NCBI GenBank assembly: GCA_964345105.1
Contig: CAYFPZ010000010.1
Coordinates: 1-51,667 of the forward strand
Reading direction: 5' to 3'
Origin: Candidatus Hadarchaeota archaeon
Lineage (GTDB): Archaea; Hadarchaeota; Hadarchaeia; Hadarchaeales; Hadarchaeaceae
Length of the DNA: 51,667 bases
The notes below the pieces were generated by a model. It had not been told where the DNA came from. It saw nothing but the letters and a program-made list of their open reading frames with translations, and made no database searches. Within the stretch, counting starts at the first letter, position 1, and every line of letters starts with the position of its first letter. A program made the position numbers and the translations under genes. Shown piece after piece: positions 17,358 through 27,143 of the stretch.

Positions 17358-19691
17358 ATGTGTTTAAAATTGGGTGGGAATTTGCGCGCTCGTGCTGAAA
17401 TAGCAGTCACTGGCCTAGTGCAGGGTGTAGGATTTAGACCGTTCATCTATCGACTTGCTACTCATCACGGGCTCACCGGCTTCGTCCGGAACATGGGCGA
17501 CGCGGGAGTGCAGGTGGTAGTCGAGGGTGATAAAAGGGCAATCGAAAAATTTGTCAACTCGTTGTGTCCCGAACAACCCCCGCTCGCACGAATAGATGAC
17601 GTCCGAGTTGTGTGGAAGAATCCAACCAACGAATTCGCTATTTTTAGGGTAGTGCCGAGTGAAATAACTGGTTTGGGGCTTCCTTCAGTAGCGCCACCCG
17701 ATCTCGCGCTCTGTGAAGATTGCCTACACGAGATGCTCGACCCAAGCGACCGGCGCTATAATTATCCCTTCATCACCTGCGTCAACTGTGGCCCTCGCTT
17801 CACTATCATCGAGAAGCTTCCCTACGACCGCCCCCGAACTTCAATGAAGGCTTTCCCGCTCTGCGCCGATTGTCTCCACGAGTATCAGAACCCCCCAGAC
17901 CGACGATACCACGCAGAACCAACGTGTTGCTCCATCTGCGGTCCCCGGATGAAGCTCTACGATGCAGAGGGTAATCCCATTGATGTGCCCGAACCGCTGC
18001 GTGAGGTAGCGCGTCTGCTTGATGGGGGTAGCATAGTCGCCATCAAGGGAATAGGAGGAATTCACATAGCATCTAAAACGACCGAGGATGGGGCACTCGC
18101 ACGCATGCGGAGGGCATTCAACCGCTTTCAGCAACCATTTGCGGTAATGTCCAGAGATATTAAGACAATCCGAACTTTTGCGGAGGTCGGTAAAGCCGAA
18201 CTTGAATTGCTTACATCCTTCCGACGGCCGATAGTTGTGCTCCAACGCTCTAGCGATTACGTGCTTTCAGAGCTCGTGGCACCAGGTTTGGATTCGGTTG
18301 GCGTGATGCTCCCTTACTCGGGAATTCATCACCTCATTCTGAACTACGGCAAGGATCCTGCCTACGTCATGACGAGCGCAAATGTCGCTGGGTTACCGAT
18401 GATGATAGATAACAATGAAGCCTTCAGGAAGCTGCGCGGGGGCGTCGATTACTTCCTACTTCATGATCGGCTAATCGTCAACCGATGTGATGACTCGGTA
18501 ATCAAGGTGATCGATGGAAAGCCAGCATTTTTGAGGCGTTCGCGAGGTTACGTGCCGGAGCCCTTGAAGCTCACTTTCACGAGTGATAGAAAAGTGCTCG
18601 CAGTGGGAGCGGAGCTCAACGTGACTTGCTCGGTTCTGACGGGCGACCGGTGCTTCCCCAGTCAACATATAGGCGACACCACAAAAGTGGAAACTCTCAA
18701 ATACATGCAATCAGCTGTTGATCGGCTTATGCGCCTGTTAAAATTGGACTCAGTTGACATAGTTGTCCACGATTTACACCCCAACTATACAACAACAAAG
18801 ATTGCACCGCGGATGGCAAAGAAGCTCGGAGCAAAAACCCTTTCTGTTCAACATCATCACGCTCACCTTGTCGCCCTGATGGCAGAATGTGGTCTGAGCG
18901 AGTTTGTCGGCATCGCCATCGATGGTGTTGGATATGGTCCAGATGGCACGATATGGGGTGGCGAAGTCATGTTGGCCGACCTTAACTCGTTTAAACGTGT
19001 GGGCGGGCTAATGAGCCAGCGTATGCCGGGGGGTGACTTGGCAGCGATATTTCCAGCGCGCATGGTTGCAGGCATCCTCTGGCCGCACATCGAGCGTGAG
19101 GAGCTTGAGCGGGTTCTGGACGAGTTCTGCGCGAGTAGCTTCAGACGCGGGAAGCAAGAGAGAGATATAGTTATTCGCCAACTCGAGCGCGATTTGAACG
19201 TGTTTCAAACGAGTAGTTGCGGCAGAGTACTCGATGCCATCGCCTGCCTGCTCGGGATTTGCAACGAACGAACCTACGAGGGCGAGCCAGCGATTAAACT
19301 CGAGGCGGCAGCAAACAAGGGGGAAGCAGGTGAAGCAAGGCTAGAACCCGTGATCGAAAAGGTCGACGGGATGGTGGTCGTCAACACATCTCGGTTGCTT
19401 GTGGACGTACTCGATGCCATTCGAGCACGAGTTTCCCGCAGACACATCGCGGCTGCGGCCCAACGAACTATCGCTCGGGGGTTGGCGTCAGTCGCTATCG
19501 AAGCAGCTTCCTCTAAAGGGATTGAAGTCGTTGGGGGGTCAGGTGGGGTGTTCTACAATAGAGCGATCACCACAGCAGTGCGCAAGGAAGTCGAGAAAGC
19601 GGGGTTGAGATTTGTTCAACACGAGCTTCTGCCTTCGGGTGATGGTGGTATCTCTGTCGGGCAGGCAATCGTCGCAGTAAAACAGCTATAA
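17358..19691 (+). CDS. hypF: [NiFe]-hydrogenase maturation carbamoyltransferase HypF
   Basis: Acylphosphatase domain (VQGVGFRPF), two zinc-finger pairs (CEDC...CVNCGPRF, CADC...CSICGPR), a YrdC-like domain and a Kae1-like C-terminal domain. 777 aa. Confidence 0.95.
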   Translation: MCLKLGGNLRARAEIAVTGLVQGVGFRPFIYRLATHHGLTGFVRNMGDAGVQVVVEGDKRAIEKFVNSLCPEQPPLARIDDVRVVWKNPTNEFAIFRVVPSEITGLGLPSVAPPDLALCEDCLHEMLDPSDRRYNYPFITCVNCGPRFTIIEKLPYDRPRTSMKAFPLCADCLHEYQNPPDRRYHAEPTCCSICGPRMKLYDAEGNPIDVPEPLREVARLLDGGSIVAIKGIGGIHIASKTTEDGALARMRRAFNRFQQPFAVMSRDIKTIRTFAEVGKAELELLTSFRRPIVVLQRSSDYVLSELVAPGLDSVGVMLPYSGIHHLILNYGKDPAYVMTSANVAGLPMMIDNNEAFRKLRGGVDYFLLHDRLIVNRCDDSVIKVIDGKPAFLRRSRGYVPEPLKLTFTSDRKVLAVGAELNVTCSVLTGDRCFPSQHIGDTTKVETLKYMQSAVDRLMRLLKLDSVDIVVHDLHPNYTTTKIAPRMAKKLGAKTLSVQHHHAHLVALMAECGLSEFVGIAIDGVGYGPDGTIWGGEVMLADLNSFKRVGGLMSQRMPGGDLAAIFPARMVAGILWPHIEREELERVLDEFCASSFRRGKQERDIVIRQLERDLNVFQTSSCGRVLDAIACLLGICNERTYEGEPAIKLEAAANKGEAGEARLEPVIEKVDGMVVVNTSRLLVDVLDAIRARVSRRHIAAAAQRTIARGLASVAIEAASSKGIEVVGGSGGVFYNRAITTAVRKEVEKAGLRFVQHELLPSGDGGISVGQAIVAVKQL

Positions 19692-19695
19692 AAGT

Positions 19696-20310
19696 TCATA
19701 CACCTATGGCCCAGAAGACCACTAAAATAGAATTGTAAGCGTTGTGAGTTATAATCGCTCCAGCCAGTCCGCTTACCAGATAGCAGATCCCGAGCAGGAG
19801 CCCCGCCCCGACCAAAGGTATCGCGAACGCGGGATAAGTACCGGGATTTGAGAGGTGGAACGCGGCGAAGATGAAGGCCGAGACCAGCACCCCGATCCAT
19901 TTTGAGCGAGTCCGCCGTGCTACTTCCTCGAGTAGAATCCCCCTGAATATCCACTCCTCGAAGATCGGCAGCACATTGACTACAATGAGTAACAGTAACG
20001 GATACTGCTCTTGGAGCACTATGAAGGGATATTCCTCCATCGAGTACAGCTCCAATCCCGCTCCATGAAGGATATTCCCTACTATGGTCGCCACGATGAG
20101 CGCTGCAGCGGTAAATGCAAGTGCAATTGAGATAAGCCTAATCGACTCCCGCTTTCGCATTCGACGCGTGATGGGTAGCCAATAACGTGGACGTATTCGC
20201 TCGAGGTAGGAGGGCCTCAACACAACGAGCTTACCGACTATGAGACCAAGCAAGACGCCGGCCAGGAGGATTCTAACGAGGTCGAGCCATAGCAACAGAT
20301 CACGGAACAT
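19696..20310 (-). CDS. CPBP (CAAX/Abi) family intramembrane glutamic protease
   Basis: EEWIFRG motif and FAAFH motif within a polytopic membrane protein. Confidence 0.8.
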   Translation of the reverse strand: MFRDLLLWLDLVRILLAGVLLGLIVGKLVVLRPSYLERIRPRYWLPITRRMRKRESIRLISIALAFTAAALIVATIVGNILHGAGLELYSMEEYPFIVLQEQYPLLLLIVVNVLPIFEEWIFRGILLEEVARRTRSKWIGVLVSAFIFAAFHLSNPGTYPAFAIPLVGAGLLLGICYLVSGLAGAIITHNAYNSILVVFWAIGV

Positions 20311-20536
20311 ACTTTTTAGAGAGCTTCTCGTATCGCCGATTTATGGCTGTACTCACCTTTATCGTCCAAGTGGGTTTGTTTTCCCGCTGTCGGCGCTCGA
20401 CCTTTCCCTCCTCAGCCAATCTGAAGAGATCGACCCGTAGGTGGGCGATGTCGATCCCAGTTTTTTGAGAAAGCTCTTCGATGGTGAGCGCGACTCCGGC
20501 CTCTCTTAACGCCGTGAGAATTTCATCCTTTCGCAA
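20300..20536 (-). CDS. Small winged-helix DNA-binding protein (putative regulator)
   Basis: 78 aa. ILTALREAGVALTIEELSQKTGIDIAHLRVDLFRLAEEGKV is wHTH-like. 11-nt overlap with the CPBP gene. Confidence 0.5.
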   Translation of the reverse strand: MRKDEILTALREAGVALTIEELSQKTGIDIAHLRVDLFRLAEEGKVERRQRENKPTWTIKVSTAINRRYEKLSKKYVP

Positions 20537-20540
20537 GTTT

Positions 20541-20867
20541 TCACCTCTCCTTCAACTTTTCGAGTACTTCAAGGATAGATTTGATACGATCGAGCAGCTC
20601 TAAGGTCTTGACGTGGTCAGTTTCCTTTTCGAGCTGAGTGGCAAGCGTATTTAGCTTGGCACGTAGGATATCTTCAACTTTCTCGATGGGGACAGCTTTG
20701 GGCTTAGCTTCAGCTTTCGGGGCTTCGGTTTTTTCGCCACAAACAGGGCAGACGACTTTCCCCTTAAACTCGAAGAGGGCCCCCTTGCAGGTGCCGCAGT
20801 GCACCGAAAGCATTTTCCCCCCGCCGAGGAGCATTTCCGTCATTTTAGCTATCCTTTCGTCCTGCAT
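20541..20867 (-). CDS. UPF0148 / autoantigen-p27-like zinc-ribbon protein
   Basis: ERIAKMTEMLLGGGKMLSVHCGTCKGALFEFKGKVVCPVCG followed by a Lys/Ala/Glu-rich coiled tail. Confidence 0.7.
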   Translation of the reverse strand: MQDERIAKMTEMLLGGGKMLSVHCGTCKGALFEFKGKVVCPVCGEKTEAPKAEAKPKAVPIEKVEDILRAKLNTLATQLEKETDHVKTLELLDRIKSILEVLEKLKER

Positions 20868-20908
20868 TTGACCCCAAACTCTTTATGAGGCCCCTTCCTT
20901 AAAATTAA

Positions 20909-21196
20909 GTGGATTGGATATGCGAACGGGTGATAACCGTGTCCTCGGATGTCAAGCTAAGGCAAGTAGCGGAAATCATGGCGCGCGTGGCGGAGGACAC
21001 TTCAGTCCCTCGTAATATTCGAAGAGCTGCTAATGAAGCTAAAAATGCCCTGTTGAAAAAGGAGGGCGATTCAGTGCTCAAAGCTTCTTCTGCGACGATG
21101 ATACTTGACGAGATAAGCAATGACCCCAATATGCCCATCCACACCCGAACGACGATATGGAGCGCCCTCAGCGTTTTGGAAACAATCCGCGAGTGA
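20909..21196 (+). CDS. UPF0147 family protein
   Basis: EDTSVPRNIRRAANEAKNALL...ILDEISNDPNMPIHTRTTIWSALSVLE is the family signature. Confidence 0.8.
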   Translation: MDWICERVITVSSDVKLRQVAEIMARVAEDTSVPRNIRRAANEAKNALLKKEGDSVLKASSATMILDEISNDPNMPIHTRTTIWSALSVLETIRE

Positions 21197-21366
21197 GGTA
21201 AATCATTCTTGCGACACTCTCGACAGCCTCTGCCACGAGAAATGCCTTATGTGGCGTATGCTTAATGGTTATTAGCCCGTGCTTTTTCACGATGAGCTTC
21301 TGTGCTGTCGGAAACCGTTATAGCCTTAGGGGTTTCTTAATTTTTGGTTAAAATCTAGGTGATTGC

Positions 21367-21708
21367 ATGGAATTGGATCTGAAATCTTTCGTTCAGACCC
21401 TCAGGAAAAAAGATACAAAAAAGGCTAAGGAATGGCTCGAGCAAATCAGGAGCAGAGTTGACTTCAATGATGAGTTCGTGCGAGGCTATTTGCTGGCGCT
21501 GCAGGGCATGATTGCGGCCCTCGAGGCCGGAGGAGAGCTATCAGTGATTAACCGCGTGGTGAATGGAGGATACAAACAGGAACAAGTTGTAGAACTCGTC
21601 AAAAGCGTGCAGGAGAGGCTCGCACCGAAGTTTAGACCCAAGGATGAAAAGGGGTTCGACACTGCGTTGGTTGAGGTGCTTCAGGAATTCTCTGGAGAAA
21701 ATGTCTAA
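21367..21708 (+). CDS. Hypothetical protein (113 aa, helical)
   Basis: ORF with GGTG 6 nt upstream of the ATG. No recognisable family. Confidence 0.4.
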   Translation: MELDLKSFVQTLRKKDTKKAKEWLEQIRSRVDFNDEFVRGYLLALQGMIAALEAGGELSVINRVVNGGYKQEQVVELVKSVQERLAPKFRPKDEKGFDTALVEVLQEFSGENV

Positions 21709-21899
21709 TTATATACCTGTTTTTAAGTTTCTGTTTAATTTTTATCTTGAAGATTTTTGAGGAGTTCATGCATCGTGCGCTGGGTTTCTCGCATCCTACC
21801 CCAATTAAGCATAGATTTCAATTTAGCCTACAGTTTTAGTCTTAGCCCAGCAAATCCTTTATACACTTTCGGCGAGGGTATACCGTCGGAGGTTGCGCG

Positions 21900-23303
21900 A
21901 TGCTACATTTCATAGGATTCATTCTGCTCGCCCTAGGCGCGGTGATGTTGGTGCCGGCTCCAGTGGCGTTTCTAGCCAACGAAACCTATTTGCTACCATA
22001 TTTCGTAGTCCCAGCAGTCATCGTCTTCGTGATAGGGTTTTTCCTAAGGCGGCGTTTTCAACCTGTGGATATAACTTTAGGCAAGGCAATGGTGCTTGTC
22101 GCCCTTGGTTGGATCATCTTCTCGGCATTCGGCTCGATACCCTACATCTTAGGCAACTACATGCCAGTCGAGGACGCTTACTTTGAGAGCATGTCTGGTT
22201 TCACAGCTACGGGGCTAACAATGATTTCTAATGTTGAAGCAGTTCCACCCACCATCCTTTTCTGGCGCAGTCTAACTGAGTGGGTGGGCGGTATGGGTGT
22301 GATCGTTCTCTTCTTAGCAGCCCTCATCGGCGCGGGGAAAGCAGCTCGGAAGATATATGTTGCTGAGGCGCGAGCCGATCGCATCGAGCCAAGTATTCGA
22401 GAAACTGCTCGTTCCTTATGGAAGATATACGTATTACTTACTCTTCTGGGAATTGTTGGGTTATACTTCGCAGGGGCACCCAACATGTCGCTGTTTGAAG
22501 CAGTTAACCACTCAATGACGGGGATTGCCACTGGCGGATTCAGCGTGCGCAACGTGAGTTTCGCTGGGTATGGCATCCCAGTGCTTGCAGTTACAATTTT
22601 GATAATGATGGCGGGCGCGACTAGTTTCGCGATTCACCGAAGGGTCATGACCGGGCACTGGCGAGAACTTTTCCAAAACATCGAGGTTCGGCTGATGCTC
22701 GTACTGATAGCGCTGGCTACGCTTTTGCTTGTGTGGAGCGTGGGGTTGCGGGACGCGCTATTTCAATCCTCCTCCGCTTTGACGGGGACAGGTTTCTCCA
22801 CGGCCACCCTCGCAACGTGGGGAGATCCCCAAAAGGGACTGCTCACAATTCTCATGGTTGTAGGTGGCGGGTATGGCTCAACCTCGAGTGCGATCAAGCT
22901 CATCCGAACCGTGATCATCGTTAGGGCGGTCCACTGGATGATTAAGCGAAGTTTTCTTCCCGAGCGGGCGGTTGTGCCGATGAAAATATCTGGTAGGATT
23001 TACAGCGAACAGGAGATGATGGAAACCGCCATTTATGCATTTCTCTACATTATCGTGCTGGTAAGCGGTGCAATAGTGCTGATGACAGTGGGCAACCCAG
23101 CCATTAATTCGGTATTTGAGTCAGCCTCAGCTCAAGGGAACGTTGGCTTATCTGTGGGGATAACTTCAGCAGCAATGCCTTTGGCTGGGAAGATAAGTAT
23201 GACAGTTCAAATGCTGGTCGGACGCCTCGAGATAATTCCAGTGATAGCATTCGTTAGCTACCTGATAGCTAAGGTGCCTCGCCCTCGGCGGAAGCCCTTC
23301 TAG
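21900..23303 (+). CDS. trkH: TrkH/KtrB-family potassium transporter
   Basis: Four pore-loop-like motifs (SGFTATG, TGGFS, TGTGFS, QGNVGLS) in a polytopic protein. Confidence 0.85.
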   Translation: MLHFIGFILLALGAVMLVPAPVAFLANETYLLPYFVVPAVIVFVIGFFLRRRFQPVDITLGKAMVLVALGWIIFSAFGSIPYILGNYMPVEDAYFESMSGFTATGLTMISNVEAVPPTILFWRSLTEWVGGMGVIVLFLAALIGAGKAARKIYVAEARADRIEPSIRETARSLWKIYVLLTLLGIVGLYFAGAPNMSLFEAVNHSMTGIATGGFSVRNVSFAGYGIPVLAVTILIMMAGATSFAIHRRVMTGHWRELFQNIEVRLMLVLIALATLLLVWSVGLRDALFQSSSALTGTGFSTATLATWGDPQKGLLTILMVVGGGYGSTSSAIKLIRTVIIVRAVHWMIKRSFLPERAVVPMKISGRIYSEQEMMETAIYAFLYIIVLVSGAIVLMTVGNPAINSVFESASAQGNVGLSVGITSAAMPLAGKISMTVQMLVGRLEIIPVIAFVSYLIAKVPRPRRKPF

Positions 23304-23865
23304 ATGGCGGGCGCACAAAGACGCGGTATTTGTCGGAGCCCTCTAACTCCATGATTATCCGTTTCGCAATCAAGCCTTTCGGGTTGGTCAACCCTTTTAC
23401 CCTTTTATCTAAATCCTCGAAGTCCGCGAAGAAGCCCTTTTTCCGCTCTTCGATGATCGCCCACATAAGTTTCTTCCCTATTCCCGGGATTAGCTCAAGT
23501 TGGTGGAAGCGCGTAGTCAGAGGCGCGGCACGATTAAAGAACTCTATGAACCGTTCTGGGGCTTCGTTGATCAATCCCTCTATGGCAACTGGCAGCTCTG
23601 CTTTTGCCGCAGCTGTGAGCTCCTCGTAACCCACACGGCGTTTTATTCTTTCGACTTTGTCTCGCCCGCCCTTTCCAATAAAAACGCGTTCGTGAGGGGT
23701 AAATGTTACTCCTGTCATGGGAACGATTTCAAGCAGGGTGAAAAACGTGTCACCAAGAATTTGAGCTATGGGCTCACGCAGATGAATTGGTCTAGGATCG
23801 CCCGGGTTCCCATGAAGCAAGAAATCCAATACTATGCCTCGGTCTTCATACTTCTTATCGACCAA
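23269..23865 (-). CDS. DUF655 protein (OB-fold plus helix-hairpin-helix, conserved archaeal)
   Basis: YEDRGIVLDFL..GNP...FTLLE...LHQLELIPGIGKKLMWAIIEER. Sits in the conserved position downstream of rpo4 and L21e. Confidence 0.75.
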   Translation of the reverse strand: MVDKKYEDRGIVLDFLLHGNPGDPRPIHLREPIAQILGDTFFTLLEIVPMTGVTFTPHERVFIGKGGRDKVERIKRRVGYEELTAAAKAELPVAIEGLINEAPERFIEFFNRAAPLTTRFHQLELIPGIGKKLMWAIIEERKKGFFADFEDLDKRVKGLTNPKGLIAKRIIMELEGSDKYRVFVRPPSRRASAEGEAP

Positions 23866-23892
23866 GAATACGCGCCTCCAACTAACTAGGAA

Positions 23893-24231
23893 CTACTTCC
23901 TGTACTCTTTAATTAGCTCTAAAATTTTCTTGATATCCTCGTCGTCAAGCCTTGTTCGTTCTTTTGCGAAAATAAGTTCCACATCCTCTTTTCTCTCGGG
24001 CATCAGATCAACGAGTGCTATTGCTTGATGTTCCCTTATCTTCTCAAGCTTGAGCAACTCACCGACCAGTTCTTCTGTTTTTTTGACATCTAACTTCGCA
24101 AATTTTTGCGCGTAATCGTAGGTGAGTCGTTGCCCGTACTCCAACTCTCCCTGCTTTTTTTGTTTTTCGAGGATTTCAAGCACTTTAGCCAATGGTACGG
24201 GTTTTTCACCCGTTACCTCCTTTCCTATCAT
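23893..24231 (-). CDS. rpo4: DNA-directed RNA polymerase subunit Rpo4 (RpoF)
   Basis: 112 aa. PVPLAKVLEILEK...GQRLTYDYAQKF...A.ALVDLMP. 4-nt overlap with L21e, the conserved L21e-rpoF-DUF655 order. Confidence 0.75.
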   Translation of the reverse strand: MIGKEVTGEKPVPLAKVLEILEKQKKQGELEYGQRLTYDYAQKFAKLDVKKTEELVGELLKLEKIREHQAIALVDLMPERKEDVELIFAKERTRLDDEDIKKILELIKEYRK

Positions 24232-24527
24232 CTTGCCCCCACCATTCTAAGGTGTTCTGGGCGGGAAATAACCTTTTTGATAGAGCCCCCATCCCTAACC
24301 TCGACCACGTAAGCTCGCCCACAACGTTCCTGAACAACTCCAATCCTGCCATGGTACCGCGGGTGGGGCTGCCCCCTCGCGATGCCTGGGTCAAGGATAA
24401 TTGCAACCTTCGTGCCAGGCCCAAGCTGTTGAATCACTCGGCTCACAGGCGAAAGCCCACGCTCACGAACGTGCTTGGTGAGCTTTCTTCTGCTTTTGCT
24501 TCGAAAACCTTTCGACCGTTTAGTCAT
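24228..24527 (-). CDS. rpl21e: Ribosomal protein L21e
   Basis: MTKRSKGFRSKSRRKLTK...GQPHPRYHGRIGVV...AYVVEV. The start is taken at the internal ATG; the track ORF runs on to 24581. Confidence 0.9.
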   Translation of the reverse strand: MTKRSKGFRSKSRRKLTKHVRERGLSPVSRVIQQLGPGTKVAIILDPGIARGQPHPRYHGRIGVVQERCGRAYVVEVRDGGSIKKVISRPEHLRMVGAR

Positions 24528-24581
24528 GATAACACCATAAATAATAGACTCTCCTAGCACATCTAAACTACTCGTCCTCAC

Positions 24582-25979
24582 TTAAGAACTTTTTCCGCCA
24601 GCTCCCTTTGTTTCCACATCATGAGATATTTCCTTCGGCAATTGTTTTATTAGCTTCGCAAACGGGCCAAATTTTGGTCCCCGTCCTTTTATCATCTTTT
24701 TAATCAACTTTTTCATGAGTTCATATTGTTTTAGCAATTCTTTAACATCTGTCTCGCCCGTACCCGCGCCTCGGGCTATTCGGCGAATCCGTGAGGCGTT
24801 GAGCACCTTCGGATTTTCGAGTTCCTCAGGAGTCATTGACTGCATGATCACCTTAAAACGCTTTAGTTTCTCCTCTCCAACCCGCATCTCTTCTTCTGGT
24901 ATAGCTACTCCTAGTCCAGGAATCATCTGCATAAGCTTCTTGAGGGGGCCCATTTTACCCATCATCTCGAGCTGGCTGTAAACGTCTTGCAAAGTGAGCT
25001 TGCCTGCGAGGATTGCTTTCATATCAGCAGGCTTCACCTCTTCGGCCTTTGCGGTCTCCTCTATCTTCTTCAATAATGTCTCAATGTCGCCCATCCCGAG
25101 CAAGCGAGCCACGAAGCGCTCGGGCACAAAAGGCTCGAGATCATCTAGGTGTTCACCGACACCTATGAATTTAATCGGAGCCTCAGTGGCCGCAACTGCT
25201 GAGAGTGCTCCCCCACCTTTTGCCGTGCCATCCAATTTGGTAATCAAAATCGAGCCTATGTTCGTTGCGGCTTTGAATGCGGCAGCCTGCTCTTTTGCCT
25301 GTTGCCCTATTGTCCCATCCACGACAAGCATGATTTCGTCAGGCCCTATTGCTTTAGCAATTTGGCGCATTTCTTCCATCAGGGCTTCCTCTTTGCGATG
25401 CCTGCCTGCTGTGTCAACAACGATTAATTCAAAATGCTCTTGCTTGAACTGCTTGACGCCCTCCTTTGCGAGCTTAATCGAATTCTTGGCTTGGGGATCG
25501 CCAAAAAATTTTGTGCCAACCTGTTGACCAAGTTGGCTGAGCTGTTCGTACGCACCTGGGCGAAAGGTGTCCGCGCAGACAATGCCAACCTTGAAGCCCC
25601 GTTTCTTGAAGTGAGCTGCTAGCTTTGCCACCGAGGTCGTCTTTCCACTTCCTTGAAGGCCGACCATCAGCAGTACCGTGGGTTCTCCGGGCTTGAGTTG
25701 TAGTTGGGTTGGGCGCCCCATGAGCTTGGAGAGTTCTTCATATACAATCTTGATGATGTGTTCCTTGCGTGCCATACCAGGGGGGAGCTTCTCCTCGAGC
25801 GCCCGCTTTTCTATCCGTTTCGTCAGCTCCAGCACGAGTTCTACATTGGCATCCGCCTGCAGCAGAGCGCGCTGGATATCCCGCACTAGCTCCTTGATTA
25901 CCCGCTCGTCAATGTGGGGCGCGCGCGTCAGCTTCCGGAGGGCGCTGTGCAGGGTTCTACCAAGTCTATCGAGAACCAT
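24582..25979 (-). CDS. srp54: Signal recognition particle protein SRP54
   Basis: N domain, G domain (GLQGSGKTT, DTAGR, TKLDG) and a Met-rich M domain. Confidence 0.95.
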   Translation of the reverse strand: MVLDRLGRTLHSALRKLTRAPHIDERVIKELVRDIQRALLQADANVELVLELTKRIEKRALEEKLPPGMARKEHIIKIVYEELSKLMGRPTQLQLKPGEPTVLLMVGLQGSGKTTSVAKLAAHFKKRGFKVGIVCADTFRPGAYEQLSQLGQQVGTKFFGDPQAKNSIKLAKEGVKQFKQEHFELIVVDTAGRHRKEEALMEEMRQIAKAIGPDEIMLVVDGTIGQQAKEQAAAFKAATNIGSILITKLDGTAKGGGALSAVAATEAPIKFIGVGEHLDDLEPFVPERFVARLLGMGDIETLLKKIEETAKAEEVKPADMKAILAGKLTLQDVYSQLEMMGKMGPLKKLMQMIPGLGVAIPEEEMRVGEEKLKRFKVIMQSMTPEELENPKVLNASRIRRIARGAGTGETDVKELLKQYELMKKLIKKMIKGRGPKFGPFAKLIKQLPKEISHDVETKGAGGKSS

Positions 25980-26031
25980 AGAGTATCACGTTCAATAATC
26001 GTTTGTCAAGTTGTATTAAATAAACGAGAGG

Positions 26032-27072
26032 CTAGGAAGCTCGTCTCTTGGGCATTAAGATCGTGCGGATCGGGAACGGAATCGTGATGCCCTCCTTCTT
26101 GTAGCGCTTGTGCAGCTCCTTGATAAATTCATGGGTAATCAAGTACTTGTCTACGAATTCCCTAACCCTCAGGATGACGGTGAAGTTTATGCTGAAGTCG
26201 CTGAAGGTGTGATAACGAATGAAGGGCTCGAACTCAGGTATCCCACCCGTCACTTTTTTCAACACTTTTTTGCCTACATCGATGGTTACTCTTTCAACCT
26301 TCTCAAGGTCGCTGTCGTAGGCTACCCCAACCTGGACCAAGCAGGCCATCTGTGGCTCGGGCAAGTAGTAATTGGTGACGATTGCTCCCGCCATTTTCGA
26401 GTTCGGCACTATAATTATGTTGTTAGGAAGTTCGCGTACTTTCGTGCTACGCCAGCCGATGTCTTCCACATAGCCTTTTTGACCTGAGTCTAGCTCGATA
26501 TAATCCCCTACTCTCACGGGTCGGTCGGACATAATGTAAACGCCGGCGAAGAACTCGGACAACGTCCCTTGAAGGGCGAACGCAACTGCGAGGCCCCCTA
26601 TCCCAAAGGCAGCGACCAACGCGGTCACTTGAATGCCAAGTGCATCGAGTATAAGTAGGAATGCCACAAAAAAGATGACGATTTTCATGATTTTCTGAAG
26701 CGTTGGCACGAGTGTCTTCAAGCTGGGGCGCGCTGTGCCGTAGTACTTCAACATCCCAGTTATAATCCTTGTGGCGCACCACGTTGCTATTAAGAGTATC
26801 AACAGGTAGCTGATAGTCGGAAGATATTGCATGACCCCTGCAGGGACAAAAGTTGTGCGCTCGAGAGCAAAGTTAATCCCCATGATCACGAATATCGCAA
26901 TTATCGGCACTTTGATGGCATCGAGAATGATATCGTCGATTTTGGTTTTTGTTTTTCTGGTAAGCCTAGTGATGTAAACGTTTAACACAAATCTCAGCGC
27001 ATACCCCGCCACAATGAATCCAATCAATATTAAAATGGGCGTTAGTATTTGCCAGAGTTCTTCAATGGTCAT
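26032..27072 (-). CDS. mscS: Small-conductance mechanosensitive channel (MscS family)
   Basis: N-terminal TM helices, pore-helix region GIGGLAVAFALQGTLSEFFAG, and a beta-domain (RVGDYIELD...GYVEDIGWRSTKV). Confidence 0.85.
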   Translation of the reverse strand: MTIEELWQILTPILILIGFIVAGYALRFVLNVYITRLTRKTKTKIDDIILDAIKVPIIAIFVIMGINFALERTTFVPAGVMQYLPTISYLLILLIATWCATRIITGMLKYYGTARPSLKTLVPTLQKIMKIVIFFVAFLLILDALGIQVTALVAAFGIGGLAVAFALQGTLSEFFAGVYIMSDRPVRVGDYIELDSGQKGYVEDIGWRSTKVRELPNNIIIVPNSKMAGAIVTNYYLPEPQMACLVQVGVAYDSDLEKVERVTIDVGKKVLKKVTGGIPEFEPFIRYHTFSDFSINFTVILRVREFVDKYLITHEFIKELHKRYKKEGITIPFPIRTILMPKRRAS

Positions 27073-27143
27073 TCTTTACACCAACTTGTTATTTTATAAA
27101 CATATCTAAAAAACATATTTAAAACATCGCTTCCACTATTTAT

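Noticed and set aside
21197-21366. 170-nt intergenic region searched for a C/D-box sRNA, a tRNA or a small ORF
   Set aside because: No RUGAUGA/CUGA box pairs at proper spacing, no tRNA-like T-arm, and only trivial ORFs. It was treated as promoter/UTR sequence.
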